Shown here in pieces: positions 31,780-48,385 of a stretch of DNA of 64,000 bases (the first letter of the stretch is position 1; each line of letters begins with the position of its first letter). The stretch is taken from the NCBI GenBank assembly GCA_012295275.1, contig CM022675.1:8060001-8124000 (forward strand). The letters are read 5' to 3'. The notes under the pieces are model-generated. The model ran no database searches and was not told the origin of the DNA. It saw only the letters and a program-made list of their open reading frames with translations. This DNA comes from Chrysomallon squamiferum. Lineage: Eukaryota; Animalia; Mollusca. Made by a program: the position numbers and the translations under genes.

Positions 31780-31950
31780 ACATTTTTTAAAATTTGTATT
31801 TATTTTTAAATTTATTTTATTATTTTAGATTTCATTCTTAAATTTGACCTTGGACCATACAAATACATAATAAAACCCCCATCTTAAGCCATATACAGAC
31901 AATATAAAATATTACTTACCAACGGAAATATGGGTTATAAAAGAAAAAAA

Positions 31951-31981
<31 letters not shown>

Positions 31982-32487
31982 CATCAATATTATTATTATT
32001 ATATATTTTTTTTTATTATTTTTTTTTTTTTCATATATTTTTTATTTTTTGTATTTTTTGTATTTTATTTTTATTTTCATAAATATATATATATATATAG
32101 ATTTATTTATTTATTATTATTACATAAGAATTCAATTATTTTTATTAAAAGCATACGACATACACCTCATAAATACACACATGCACACATGCGCATAAAA
32201 ATAAATCGTCTTGTTATTACAACACTGTTTAAATATAACACCCATATAACGTTTTATGGCAGGGTTTTTATTTTTCTTCGTAATTCCTATCGCGAACAAA
32301 TATGGTAAAATGAAACCGTTACATTTAATAGTCAACAACACGAAAACTACTTTCACAAATGACACTGGAGCCCTCAGCTTTTAAAAATGTCCCACGCATC
32401 AAAACACGCCATTCCTAAGCACTACATGACTATCAACGTGTTTCGAAATTTTATTATTATCTTTTTTTGTTTCTTTTTTTTTTTAAT

Positions 32488-32750
32488 AATAAATTCGAGA
32501 TTAATAATGAAACGGATATAATAAATTAATGAATCAAGGATTCATTTTTTTTTTTTTTTTTTTTAATGAATTAATCAGATATAGTTTTTATTATTATTAT
32601 TATTATTTATTTATTTATTTTTTATTTTTTTTTTTATAATAAATTCGAGATTAATAATGAAACGGATATAATAAATTAATGAATCAAGGATTCATTTTTT
32701 TTATTTTATTTTATTTTTTTTAATGAATTAATCAGATATAGTTTTTATTA

Positions 32751-32782
<32 letters not shown>

Positions 32783-33043
32783 TTTTTTTGTTGTTTTTTT
32801 TAATAAAATCGAGATTAATAATGAAACGGATATAATAAATTAATGAATCAAGGATTCATTTTTTTTATTTTATTTTATTTTTTTTAATGAATTAATCAGA
32901 TATAGTTTTTATTATTTTTATTATTATTATTATTATTATTTTTTTTTTTTTTTTTTTTTTAATAAAATCGAGATTAATAATGAAACGGATATAATAAATT
33001 AATGAATCAAGGATAGTTTTTTTTTTTTTTAATGAATTAATCA
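32488..33043. repeat. Tandem repeat, ~150-165-bp unit, 4 copies (last partial)
   Basis: Core tcgagattaataatgaaacggatataataaattaatgaatcaagga recurs near 32495, 32645, 32809 and 32968, separated by variable poly-T/(ATT)n. Confidence 0.92.
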
Positions 33044-33415
33044 AAAGGAATGAAAGAATGAATGAACGAAAAATGACATGAACGAATTAATGAAAGAATG
33101 AAGTTCATTATCAGCAGCATCAGCAGCATTATCAGTGATTATAGTTGCAGTAGTTGTAGCAGTAGTAGTAGTAGTGATAGTAGTGGCGTAGTAGTAGTAG
33201 TTGAGATAGTAGCAATAGTGTCAGATATAACAACTAATTGTGATAGTATTAGTAACAACAGTAACTGAAGTAGTAATAGTGATAGCAGCAACAGTAGTAT
33301 TGTAACTTTAGTAATGTAATACTAGTAGTAACATATGTAATATTAATAATATTGTGGTAGAATTAGTTTTAGTCGTAACAGCAGCCAGTAGTAGTAGTAA
33401 TAGTAGTTGTAGTAA

Positions 33416-33466
<51 letters not shown>

Positions 33467-34356
33467 CAGTCGTAGTAGTCGTAGTAGTGGTAGTAGAGGA
33501 CACGGATGAACTTAAGAGCAGTTATTTGCTTTACGATATCTCGACATGTATATAATTATATAACTGTAAGAAGATGGTTGTCATGTCACATTTCTGGAGT
33601 TCTGGTATGATCGGACAATAGCCTAGTTATTGTACTTGTGAGAACTGAACGTGCAATCATTCGCATTGGGGTCAGTGTCTTCATACAACTGTACAGTATA
33701 TAAAAAGTTAATATTATTGATTAAGTTAAATAAATAGATAAATAAATAAATAAATAAATAAATAAAAAATATATTTCTTCATTTTTGGACGGAGTTGAGA
33801 AAGACCTCTGGCGTTGGAACGGGAAAATAAAAACGTTATTTTGCCCCCAAGCATGGTTTGATCCTGTTTACCACAAGGGCTCAGGAAATCAGTTCAAATA
33901 TTAACTATGATTTCTTCGATGTCGCGCAGATAACTTTATTGTTTTCGAAATATAATATATCTAAATGAATGTGTTGTTTCTGAAATTCATCTGATTATGT
34001 AACTGTTAATCATACTGGGTAATAAGGCGCTTGTGCATGTGGGTGCGTGTGCGTGTGCGTGTATGTGTGTGTGTGGAAGTAATATACGATGAAATCTCCT
34101 TCGTTGGTTATTCTGTTGTTGTCAGAGAAGTAGTAAATTAATTAGTGATGGTCTTAAAGATGACGTGAAAATATCGAATTATTTCCCAAGCTGCTTCAAA
34201 AAAAAAAATATATATATAATAATAATAATACACACACGAAGAGAGAAAAAGTGGAAGTAATATTACACGCACATACATTTTCTATGTTTCTGTGTGTCTA
34301 TCATACGCTCTGATTCTTTCATTTCTTTTCTGCGTTTTTTTCTTTCTTTCTTTCTC

Positions 34357-34420
<64 letters not shown>

Positions 34421-35796
34421 GAGAATTTTATTATGTTTTAAAACTTTTTCATGGCGTCAGATATTGCTTGCTCGATTATTTGCACGCCGTTTTATGAGTC
34501 ATGTGTGATTTATTTTTTAAATTTATTTTCGTGACCAATGAACGTTTGTAATTCAAACTTTGACGTAGGCGATAGACAATTTCCTTATTTGGAGTACAGC
34601 AGTACTTAAGGCGTTTGCCTATAACAAATTCGTCTGTCTGTATTTTGAACAAAATAGATATGTTAAAAAACCCTAACAATAACAATAATAAAGTAAAATG
34701 AAATATAACATATACTAAAGGTATATATATATATATATATATACATATAGATAGTTATATATATAAATATTAATAATGATATATAAATATATACATAACA
34801 ATAAATAAATAAATAAATAAATAATAAATAATAATAATAATAATAATAATGACGATAGTAGTAATAATAATTAGTAGTAGTTAAGTAGTAACAAAAAAAA
34901 GCTAAATAAAAACAAAAAAAAAATTTAACTTATAACATAAAGATTCCTTAATTAAAAACCACACTTCTAGACGTAATTTCAAACTGTACAGTTTTAATTG
35001 AATTCTCTGTTCTGGTTGACATACAAACAACAAACAAACCATAACAACCAATAACACAAAGATATATTAAATATTACATCACCCAACGCACTTCTAATAT
35101 TTTACGTATGGTTAGGTACCATTAACTAAATCTGCCGATTCTCTGTAATGCAATATTTAGAATTTTTCATGACCCTACCCACCGTCTCGATATCCCCTCC
35201 CTAGAAGCACATGTGGACACACCTTACTGTGATGAAGTTTGATTTAGAAGTGTTTATTACTTTGGCCATTGTTAAAATTTATTGCAAACTTTTATGACTG
35301 AAAATAAGGAGAGAGATCGAGAAAAAAAAAGAAGAAAAAGTGTTTAAGGCTACGTTATCAGTGCGGAAGATAAGAGAAACAAAGTTTAAACTGTGACGAC
35401 GACAAATGAGTCGAAGCCAGCTACTACAACGGCAAATATGAGTTATATAATTTGTTTGTTTCGTTTCGTTTATTTTGGTTGTTGCTTTGTTTCTTAATCT
35501 ACGAGGATACCACTACTACTACTACTATTACTGCTACTACTACTACTACTAGTACTACTACAACTACTACTGTTACTACTACTGCTACTACTACTACTAC
35601 AACTACTACTACTACTACCACCACTACTACTACTGCTACTTCTACAACTACTACTGCTACTACTACTACTACTATTGCTACTACTACTACTACACGAATA
35701 TATTATTTTATCTAAATGTTTGTGCCTATATCTGTCACACTTACTTTCTTACTGTTTTATCTGTCTTCTCTTCTCTCTTCCCATTTATGTTTCTAA

Positions 35797-35932
<136 letters not shown>

Positions 35933-36301
35933 ATCTCTCTCTCTTATTTTTTTATTTTTATTTTTTATAATTTAATTCACTGTATGATACTAAACAGAAC
36001 AAGTGGGTTTGTCAAGTCACCCAATATGTGCCGAGGCTTAAGTGATTTCCTCAAGAAATGATTGCTTTTCATGTCACTTACTTCCTTTCTTACCACGCAA
36101 AATATTTCAACGCACGTTCTCATCTGTTTAACCTTAAATGGTGTTGAAGGAGCAATGTCGTTGAGATTTTAAAGTTAAAATATGTATCTAATTTGATATT
36201 GAAGAATCGACGGAAATTTTTTTTATTATTATTTTTATTTTGATTTACTGATTTACTGATTTATTTGTAATAACAGTAATAATAATAATAATAATAACAA
36301 C

Positions 36302-36337
<36 letters not shown>

Positions 36338-36355
36338 TATTATTATTATTTATTT

Positions 36356-36386
<31 letters not shown>

Positions 36387-37208
36387 TACTTATAATTATT
36401 AATTGTTATTCATTACTATTATTATTATTTATTATTGTTTTTTTATTGTTATTATTTAAAAAGTTATATTATTTTTTTTTCTTTAATTTTAGACTAATAC
36501 ATCTTTATTTATTTCGTAATGTTTTCATTCTTTCTCATTCTTATTTCCTTTTCCTTTCTTTTCTTGTACCTTTATATATATATATATATATATATACTAC
36601 TACTACTACTATATATATATATACCTATTTGTTTTTCACGTTTTCTCTCTGTCCTTCATCTTCATTCAGTATTTGTTATTTGGGATTAAAAAGTGAATGA
36701 GCTGTTCCACGTATCTTGACTGTTTTGCGAATGTTCACTCGTAAATGCCACGTATTTCTGGCTGTCTGGCATCTTTAATTTACAACATTCGTCGTATTAT
36801 TATGACAGACGGATCGTAATAGCGTAAACACTGAAGTCAGTAACCTTTTCCACTGCACAAGAATCCTACCCATCTCTGTTTACTTTACAAATATATATAT
36901 ATATATATACACACACACGATACACAATCGATTATTTTTATTCATTTTAGTTCTATTATTGTTATTTTTCTTTCTTATTTATTATGTCTGTATATATTCA
37001 AGTGTCAAGAATTAGAAAATAAAATATTATTATTTGCTACAACTGCTAATACTACTACGACGACTACAACTACTACTAACTACTACTACTACTACTACTA
37101 CTACTATTGTTGTTGCTGCTACTGTTACTATTACTACTCTGTTATTACTAATACTACCAGTACTAGTATTACTACTACGATTATTACAACAACTACTACC
37201 GCCATCTT

Positions 37209-37239
<31 letters not shown>

Positions 37240-38131
37240 CTTATATATTTATCTAATCAATAATAAACTAGCTCTTCCTCCTTTTTTCAGCTCTGTCTGT
37301 CTTCTCTCTATCATGCTTTGCCTCGCACTTTTTGTCTGTCGCCTTTTCTTTTTTCTTTTTTTCCATTCGTTATTTATTTTTATTACCTCATTGAGTAAAC
37401 TGCCTGAAAACTACGGAAATTAAAACCCAGTATTTTATTTCTTCAGGAAGGTATGTAGCAGACAATATATATATATATACAGTAAAGTCAGTGCGACATA
37501 TTTCAAATTATATTATTTTTTTTTTCCCATTAGACTAATAATTATGCACATTCAGATTTTTATTTTTGTTTTATTTTTGTATTTAATTGTAAGAGAGACA
37601 GACGTCCTTGCAGACACGTAGGTTAACGAAAAGTACAGATTTAGATGACCTGACGTATTTTGAACACACAATATTTATCACAGGGGAAGCAGGAAAACAT
37701 TGAGCTCTTTACGACTCTCTTCTCGTTTGTCGTAGACTTACGCTGAAATTAACGGGCGTTACAAAAGCCTGTGAATTAATTACGTTTTCTTTACTTCATT
37801 TTAATATCTTGCCGGCATGCCTTTCGTAGCGGTCATTTACATGACGTGAACAAAATATAATTATATCGACATTCGGCTGTCGTATAAATAATGTGAGAAA
37901 CAAAGTTGAGCAGATTTCAGATTTCTTGATTAATTTCAGCTTCTCGTGAATCTAATGTGAAGTTTTCTAAATCTGGGCATTTGTGACGCTGTCTGTCTGT
38001 CTGTGTGTGATTACATGTATTTCCGTGTCTGTTTTTTTCTTTCAAGTCATGTTTGTAGAACTAACAAACATGTCTCTATCGTTCTCTCCTTTCAACCCCT
38101 AGTTATATCACTTGTATGTATGTGCGTTTGT

Positions 38132-38547
<416 letters not shown>

Positions 38548-38857
38548 ACTAGTGGGTGTTGATATCACGCGGATGAAAACAAAATTAAAAATAAAGTAAA
38601 CTATAGTTTAAAATGTAATACCAGACTTGTTAAATTTCAATTTGTCACCCACGCCAGATGAGGATGTGAGGCAAATTTAATATGAAGTGAGAAAACTCGG
38701 ACTAGCTTTGTGTGTGTGTGTTTGTCACGTACGCAGATAACTAGATCAAAATATGTTATTAAATTACTTCTTTCGTGATGTTATCATTATTATTATTATC
38801 ATCATCATCATAATAAATCATTGTTCATATTGTTGTTGTTGTTATTACTATTATTAC

Positions 38858-38902
<45 letters not shown>

Positions 38903-39722
38903 GATCATTATTGTTGTTGTTGTTGTTATTATGGCTGTTATTATTATTCCTAGTCGTAGTAATAGTAGTAATTGTAGTTCCAGTAGTAGTAGCAGAAGCT
39001 TGCAAAAATACTTATAATAGTGTAATAGTACTAGAAGTAATGTTATAAGTATAATCATCATCATCATTATTACTTTGACTACTACTACTGCTACTACTAC
39101 TACTACTTTTAATTTTCAAAAATAATGTCAGTTCAAACATTGCAGGAGTTACTCCTTCATAGCAGCATCAAGGATTCTTTTAAAGAACCCATCGTATGTA
39201 AAAGACGTAATGTTACATGCTTTTATAACGTGAACTAAATATAAAAAAAAATAAAAAAATAAAAATTGCTTTGCTATAAAGAGCAAAATCTCCACTAAAA
39301 AGGCTTGATCTTGCTTTCTTCCACATTTCTTCTTTTAGCCTTTATAGTCATATAACCACGAAAACCAGTCTTTGAAGAAAACGATAACTGTTTAGAAAAA
39401 AACACAATAAACGAGTAAAAAAGCACTGAAATTTCCAGCTGTAAAACATAAAATTACGTCGTTTTTTTTTATATATCAACCTTCACAGAGAAAAAGAAGA
39501 AGTTAATCATTACACTGTGATAGAATATCCCAGGTTTGACTCAGCGGCCATAAAGTAATATCAAAGCAATTCTCAAATTAGCGAGTTATGTTTTCACACG
39601 TGTAGATAATCACGGTCTGAACAGAACATTTTGCTCGGATAGGTAAACAGAAGTCAGTTTGGTTTCAGCCATATTCAGCTTGGTTATACAGCAATGTGTT
39701 ATCTCTAGCACGATAGATTAAC

Positions 39723-39763
<41 letters not shown>

Positions 39764-40400
39764 CCTCCCTCCCTTCCTCTCTCCCTCCTCTCCCTCCCTC
39801 CCTCCCTCTCTCCCTCTCTCTCACACACATACACACACATAAATATTTACTTCCAAATTATCGCCATTTAATTTCACAACCTAATACTCTAATAACATCT
39901 TACAGAAGCGTTTCTGTCTCTGCTTTTTTTTCTTCTAAAAAGACAGGGTAATTAAGCCCAGTCTTTTCCCAGCATGCAACGTTCTTTACCGCTGGGTTGC
40001 ACTACCCTAACTATGACTGCTTCCGTGTCATAGTTTTCGGTGCACTGGAATAAAGCCAGGAATAAACGTATATTGTCTATATATATATAATAATAATAAT
40101 ATATATTGTAATTATTAATATTATTATTATTTTACACTCTTTCTTTTGTTTTTTCTTCCTTATATGACACTAGTTATAATTCCTTGGTGTTAATGTCTGT
40201 TTTTAATCGTTACATTATTATTATTATTTTTATTATTATTATTTTTTTTTTTTTTTTATGGTTTTGTTTAGTCTGAAAGTGGCTCGGTGAATGAACTTTC
40301 CACGCTACTATTTCAGTCTTTGTAATCAGTTTTATATTCTATAGAAAAAGAAAAAAAAAAAAAAGAAATCATGAATTATACCTAATTAAATTGGCACGCA

Positions 40401-40447
<47 letters not shown>

Positions 40448-41179
40448 GGGAAATACATTCAGTCAAATGAAACAAAGCTCTACAAATAGAGTAACATAAA
40501 CTAAAAACAAAGTAGAAAAAAAAAAAAAAAAATAAACGAACTAAACTAAATTAAATAAAATAAAATTAAATTAAATTAAAGGACAATAAAATATATTAAA
40601 TAAAAATTAAAAAACACAACAAAACAGTACTAAAAACAAAATAACAACAAAAACACAACCACAAACAAACAAAACAAACAACAAAGCATTTAACACAAAA
40701 ATACGACGCAGAAGAAAACAACGACATAATAAAACCAGAAAATATAAAATAAATCAAGAACGACAATTTGACACTTTTTTAACAATCACGACCATGCCCC
40801 CCCCCCCAGCCCCCCTACCCCCCAGCCCCCGCAGCCTACTCCAACCCCACACTTTTTATTATATCTAACAAGTCCCCACAGTCACATAGTGCGCTATGCT
40901 CGGCTTCCTTGTTGTCTTTCATTTAGTAATCGAGAATAAAACTTGATCTCCAATTTTGCAGTGTGTGTCCACCATGGAACTTGGAAGGCTTTTCGTCGGT
41001 TTCGAATCCTCAAAATATTTCGCCGTTCAGATCTGCTGGAATTAATCGTAGATTTGTGTGCGTACTGGAGAGACGTATTGGAAAAACAGAACGGATGGAG
41101 CAAGTTATTAAATGAATGAATGAATGAATGAATGAATGAATGAATAAATGAATAATGTAAGAGATGTAATTTTTTCTAA

Positions 41180-41375
41180 AATGTACTGGATGAAGATGTT
41201 TGACCTTTTATGAGTCTACGATAGTTCATTCCATATTCGTGATGTTATTTCATCATCTGTGTATCATCTATATATCATCTATATATCATCTATATATCAT
41301 CTATATGTCATCTATGTATCATCTGTATATCATCATATCGGATGAATGTCATATTAAAGGCTGGCATATTAATAG

Positions 41376-41460
<85 letters not shown>
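41180..41460. mobile_element. Dispersed non-autonomous element, copy 2 (short internal array)
   Basis: Same flanks as 15616-16185 with only about 7-8 minisatellite units, followed by (TTA)n. Confidence 0.7.
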
Positions 41461-41462
<2 letters not shown>

Positions 41463-42219
41463 TGCTAAGTGCAAAAAAGTAACAAGTCATTGTTAAGCAT
41501 CATGTTTTAGACTCTCTCTCTCTCTCTCTATCTCTCTGTGTCTGTTTCTCTCTTTCTCTCTCTCTCTGTGTCTGTCTGTTTGCCCCTTCTCTATGTGTCT
41601 CTCTCTCTCTCTCTCTCTCTCTGTGTCTCTCTGTCTGTCTCCCTCTCTCTCTCTCTCACTCTCTCTCATTTTCCCCAGTCACCAACACGTTTTCCCCCAT
41701 CCCTCACTCTTTCCACTTCCTCTTTATCTTTTCCTCATCCCATCTCTCCCTGCCCCTCTCCCCCTCCCTACACAACGCACCTACGTGCAATCTTCGTTAA
41801 AACAATTTTTAAATCTCCTGATTACAGCAGACAGATGCGACAGAGGAAATTTCTCTCATTTAAAAGTAGGTCCAACGCACCAGCGAACTTTGTCAAATCT
41901 TCTCTCCAAATTAAAACACGCGAGGTTTCGCTATCAGTGATTCTAGCCGTCGACTTCATCATACTGTGTCTGCTATTACGGACACCTTAAAATTTTAGCT
42001 TACAAAAATTCATCGATTTTCGTCTTAAAGCTTAATTTGAAAGACACGTGCGAATGTGGAATGGAGTTTGATGAAGTGAAGGAAAAATTAGATTAGAATA
42101 AAATAACAGAAACGAATGAGTGCAATGAGGTCTGTGGTATTAATGGATTGTATAACAGAGTGTTTTTCTTTCTTTTTTTCTTTGTTGTTGTCTTTTTTTT
42201 TTTAATACAGCTCTTTAGT

Positions 42220-42258
<39 letters not shown>

Positions 42259-42455
42259 TTTGTTTGTTTTATTTATTTATTTGTTTGTTTGTTTGTTTGT
42301 TTCTTAGTTTGTTAGTTTATTTATATGGCAAAGATATATATATGTATATATTTATATGTAGATATGTATACACACCCACACATAATTATATATATATAGT
42401 AAATAAAATATTTTAGTATAAATAACAGCAAAAACAATCACCATAACTATGCATA

Positions 42456-42490
<35 letters not shown>

Positions 42491-42508
42491 AACAACAACA
42501 ACAACATC

Positions 42509-42551
<43 letters not shown>

Positions 42552-43155
42552 CAATGAGAATAACATCATGATTATTATTATTACGATCGTTACTTATAAA
42601 ACACACTGAACAAAATATGAGTTTTAAAGACTGTACTGAAGAGAAAAAAAAAGACGTCTACATCGGCACTTTATTATGTCCATTCATCAGTCTGTCCTTT
42701 TGTCCAGTCGTATCGATGCTTTGTCTGAGAATAAACTAAATAAACTAAATACAAATTAAAAATCAATGACTTCTCTCAACAGACTTTTAAATGAACTCGG
42801 ACTGATTGTCCCTGTTGGTCACTTTTTTTCTTTGACCAATACATCAAAAATCTCTCAAGACTCTAAGTTTTGTTAAGAGTGCAGATTTATTGTTATCAGA
42901 TGTACTTATGCCTTGTTCATTTCTTTTTTCTCTCTCTCTGTTTTTGTGTTTTTTTTTTTTTTACTTTGTGAAGAGTGCAAGGTGGTTTAACGCACACGCA
43001 CACACATACATATACACACAGATATAGATAATTGGAAGAATGGAAAGCCATGCGAACGGATGGATATATGGATAGATAGAGACATAGACACAAAAACAGA
43101 CAAACATATAGATAGACAAAAGATAAAAAATAGACAAAAATATTACAAAAACACG

Positions 43156-43265
<110 letters not shown>

Positions 43266-43545
43266 AGATGGAAGACATAAAGAGAAACAAATGAAATAAA
43301 GCGTGAGTAAGGTAAAAGTTTAAACAAGGTAGAACATGCCGCAGAACGAGAGATTTAATATCTCTGATGCTGATGGAGTTTCAGGTGTAATGATACAAAC
43401 AGATAATATTCTGACACGAATATAAGAAATCACGTGTAATAGAAGACCAGCAGAGTTTGATTAAAAACTCGCGTCAGCATTAACAGTTATTACAGTTCCG
43501 TGTTATTAATAGTTAACATTTTAATAGTTAACATGTGAACAAACT

Positions 43546-43620
<75 letters not shown>

Positions 43621-44119
43621 AATATATATATTTATTCATTTATTTATTTTTGTATTTTTTTTTTTTTTTTTTTTACACGGCAATGATTGTTTTATTTCTT
43701 TCTGAACGTTTCTTCTGTTCTCGTTTCTCTATTTTTTCTTTAACGAGTTTAAGTCATGGTATTGTCAATCGGTTTGTTATCGCTGTCAACCTTATTTCAC
43801 TTTGTCACGTAACGAAGGTGATTACTCACACAGTAACCAGCCAATCAGAGGGCTCCATTCACACATATCGCCTGCAACATGCAATTCAAACAGATAGCTT
43901 AGTTGGCAGAAAATATTTTCAGCCATCTAAAGAATTTATTTATTTATTTATGTCATTGGAAGCTTCATTCCATTCACTTTGTCAATTAATTCCAAGTTCG
44001 AATACGTTTCGAAGCTGATGAGGAACTGAAAGGCGATAGAGACTTTTTTTTTTTTCTCACAAACCGATCTCGATTGCATTTGGTTCATAGAATTTAAGGT
44101 GATACGAAAACGCATAACA

Positions 44120-44566
<447 letters not shown>

Positions 44567-45327
44567 TACTTCCTCTCTCTAGAGATGTTTTAGGACCGGT
44601 CGTAAGTTCACCTAAAAGTGCATACACCACTAGCACAATACATTAGCCCACATTTCAGATAAGATCAGATTTGTTTCAAATCTTTAATTAGCTGTCCAGA
44701 TGGCAGGTGTGTTCTTTTACACGTACACAAACGGATGAATGGATGGATGGACGGAAATGGACGGCGGGTTATTTAATCGATTTTATTTATTTATTTATTT
44801 ATTTATATATTTGTTTGTTTGTTTGTTTGTTTGTGTGTTTGTTTATTTGTTTGTTTGTATGTTTATTTGTTTGTTTGTTTATTTGTTTATTTGTGAGTTT
44901 ATTTATTTATTTATGTTTTTATTTTTTGTTTGTTTATTTAATTATTTATTTGTTTATTTGTTTATTTAATTATTTAATTATTTATTTGTTTATTTATTTG
45001 TTTGTTTCAAAAAGCAAAAACAAAAAATGTATATTTGTTTCTTTTAAAGAGTACCTGTTGTAATGCTTATCAATATTTTCATTTTACTTTCCTAATAATA
45101 AAGTATAACAATAAAAATTGCAAAACGAGTCTGGACTTTAACTTTACTTATTTCTTCTCCCGTTATGAGGTTGTCAGGTTAAGAGAGACGTAGTGAAAAC
45201 TGGACAACGGATCAGTAATTCTGCTCAGACACTGTAAACTATCAGCGCAAAGAAAATCGGTTTCAACGAATCTGCGTAACGATAAAGTTGTTTTCTCCTA
45301 AACGAAAAAAAAAAAAAAAAAAAAAAC

Positions 45328-45373
<46 letters not shown>

Positions 45374-47103
45374 GTTTAAGGATGAGAGACAGCATATTCC
45401 CTGTTTCGTAACGTCGTTAGAAAGTCATATATTTCAGTCGTAAAGTCTGTTAATATCATCATTTTTTATTTTTTTTTTTTTGAAATCTCATTCAAAATGT
45501 TCAGTTCCGTCATGATTTCCTATCTTTCCGTTCCTAATTAAGCACGACTCTAATAACAAAAAAAAAGAAGAAAAAAGATGAAGACATTAATTACCTCAGT
45601 TGATTGCTTTCTGTGGAAAACGATTAGCAGAAATAAATGATTTGTATCGGTCTGCAGTAACTTGTACGGTCGTTTACCGCATTTATTCTTCAGGAAAACG
45701 TGACAATGCGATTAAGATATATAATCTCGTTTTTTTTTTGTTTTAACGCTAAACCCGGAAATCTATGGAACTGTATTTCTTTACTCTATACTAATTGAAA
45801 ATAATTTTATTAAAGTAATACATTTTATGCGTGTATAATCTTCAGGAGGTCTTGTCTCTCTGTATGTAATAAAGTGAAAATATAAAATAACAAGGAGGAA
45901 ATTTATTGGGAAAAAAAAAATAAAATAAACACCAACGACATTTAAAATTTGTCAACCAGTTCTTGCTTGTTTAGCCCTTTGATTCCGCGGTAATATAGAC
46001 GCTTGCCCCACCCTTGATGTTTAGTGAAGTGACGTCACGGAAGAAGGTCGTGAAACTTCGGTTTTGCTGTGATAAGTGTCTGGCAGCGGTATTTAGTAAA
46101 ATATTTTTCTTACTGGTTTTGGTACAGTAATTAATATGACATTAACATGGTATTTGTTTAACACATACAACATAACTTAAATTTTATGTTAACATAATTA
46201 TCTTCATTCTCTCTTGTCCGACTGCATCTTCAGATAAGATTTATTTGACTGATTCCGTCTTTTAATAAGTTTCGTTTCACTCATTCAGTATTTTCAATTA
46301 CGTTTGCCAAAGACCATACGTAATATGACTGGGTTTATGTTTATTATTATTATCATTAGTGCTTATTGTAGCAGTAGTTGTTGCTAGTATCAGTAATGGA
46401 AAATGTATCCTTGTTTAATTATTGTGTAAAACAATGAGTAAACCAACGAAAACATCCGAGAAGAGGAAGTAAAAACGAAGTGACTGAACTCCGAATCGCA
46501 CTGTGTGAACCCGCCATTAGTTCAACCAGTCCCGAGAAAAACGTTATTTTTAACTCGAATCCCGAAACGAAAACGAAGAGGAACGAAAACAGAATTTCAA
46601 ATGATAACAATAATAATAATCATCTAAATAAATAAAAAAAGATATATAAAAAAAGTCAACTGACGTTCGTTTTCTCCAATGTAATAAGGCGTTAAATGAA
46701 TTAATGGGAAGCGTATTCGTGCGGATTACGCATGTGTCACCTCGGTAGGACGGGGAAATTTATTTTACTCTGTGACGGATGTCGTAAACGTTTCGCTCGA
46801 ACGGCACTGATGAAGTTTCGTCGTTTTCTGTTTTATCGTCGTGTCACGATTCTCTTGCAAACGCACAGAAGTAGGTCGCACGAACGAACCGCTCATAACG
46901 ACGCCATGTTGGAAGTTATAAATGTTTTTTTTTTTTTTTTTTTTTTTTTTTCCTGGGACATTAACTTTTCATTTTGTGCAAAGAAATTATTGTTGGTTTT
47001 AGATTTGCTTTATGTCCTAAGATACGAGATGACAAAAAAATATTTTATCTTTTCATCTTAAGACTTTTAAATCAGAGAATGGGAAGATGGCATGCTAATG
47101 TTA

Positions 47104-47135
<32 letters not shown>

Positions 47136-48049
47136 GTCTTTATAAATATTTTAGTTGAATGCAGCCAGATAATGCTGAAGATGATGTCGATGATAATGAT
47201 GTTAATGATGATGGTCACACTAACGACAATGAAGATGATGGTGAAGATGAAGATGATGGTGAAGATAAAGATGACGGTTCCGATGATGACGATGATGCTG
47301 ATGATGGTCATGACAATGATAACGCTGATAATGATATCTGTAGTTAAATGAACTTGCAACAGTATATAACAAAGCAAATATGATTTTTCAATACTATAAT
47401 TACTACTACTACTGCTACTACTAGCACTAGTACTACTATAATTACTACTACTGCTGCTACTACTAGCACTAGTACTACTATAATTACTGCTACCTCTATC
47501 ATAACTACTATGACTACTGTTTTTATTACTATTACTACTACCACTTCTACAACTACTGCTGCTACTACTGTGTCATTAATGTTACATCTACTACAAAAGC
47601 AAGTACTTCTACGAAAATTACCGTTGTGTTGTTATTCGTGTTGTTACGTATTGCTATTTTATTTATTTTTTTATTTATTCCTTTTTTTTTTTTTTTTTTT
47701 TTTTTTTGAGGTACTTCCATTTATATATATTTCTATTATTTATTACTTACTTACTTACTTTTTTTTACTTTTTATTTATTTTATTTTTATTTTTATTTTG
47801 GTTTGTTTTATTTTGGATTATTTTACTTATTTTATTTCATTCATTCATTCATTCATTCTATTATATTTTATGTTATTTTATATTATTTTATTCTATTATA
47901 TTTTATGTTATTTTATTTTATTTTATTCTATTCTATTCTATTCTATTCTATTCTATTCTATTTTCAGTAGAAATAATTGCAGTAGTTCGGCAGTATTAGT
48001 AGCAGTAATTGAACTAGTGATACTACCACTACTCCAAAAATAGATACTA

Positions 48050-48351
48050 GGAGTAATAGTAGTAGTAATAGTAGTAGTGGTAGTTATCGCAGTAGTGGTA
48101 GTAGTACTGATTGTAGTAGTAGTAGTGGTAGCAGCAGGAGGAGAAGCAGCAGCCGCAGTAGTAGTAGTAGTAGTAGTAGTAGTAATAGTAGTAGTAATAG
48201 TAGTAGTAATAGTAGTAGTAGTAGTATTAATAGTAGTTGTAGTAATAGTAGTAGTAATAGTAGTTGTAGTAATAGTAGTAGTAATAGTATAATTTTAGTA
48301 ATAGTATTGGTAGTAGTTGTTGTTGTTGTTGTAGTAACAGTAGTAGTAGTG

Positions 48352-48385
<34 letters not shown>

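Noticed and set aside
33805-33890. B-box-like GGTTTGATCC suggesting a tRNA or SINE
   Set aside because: No cloverleaf, A-box or second copy visible in the window.
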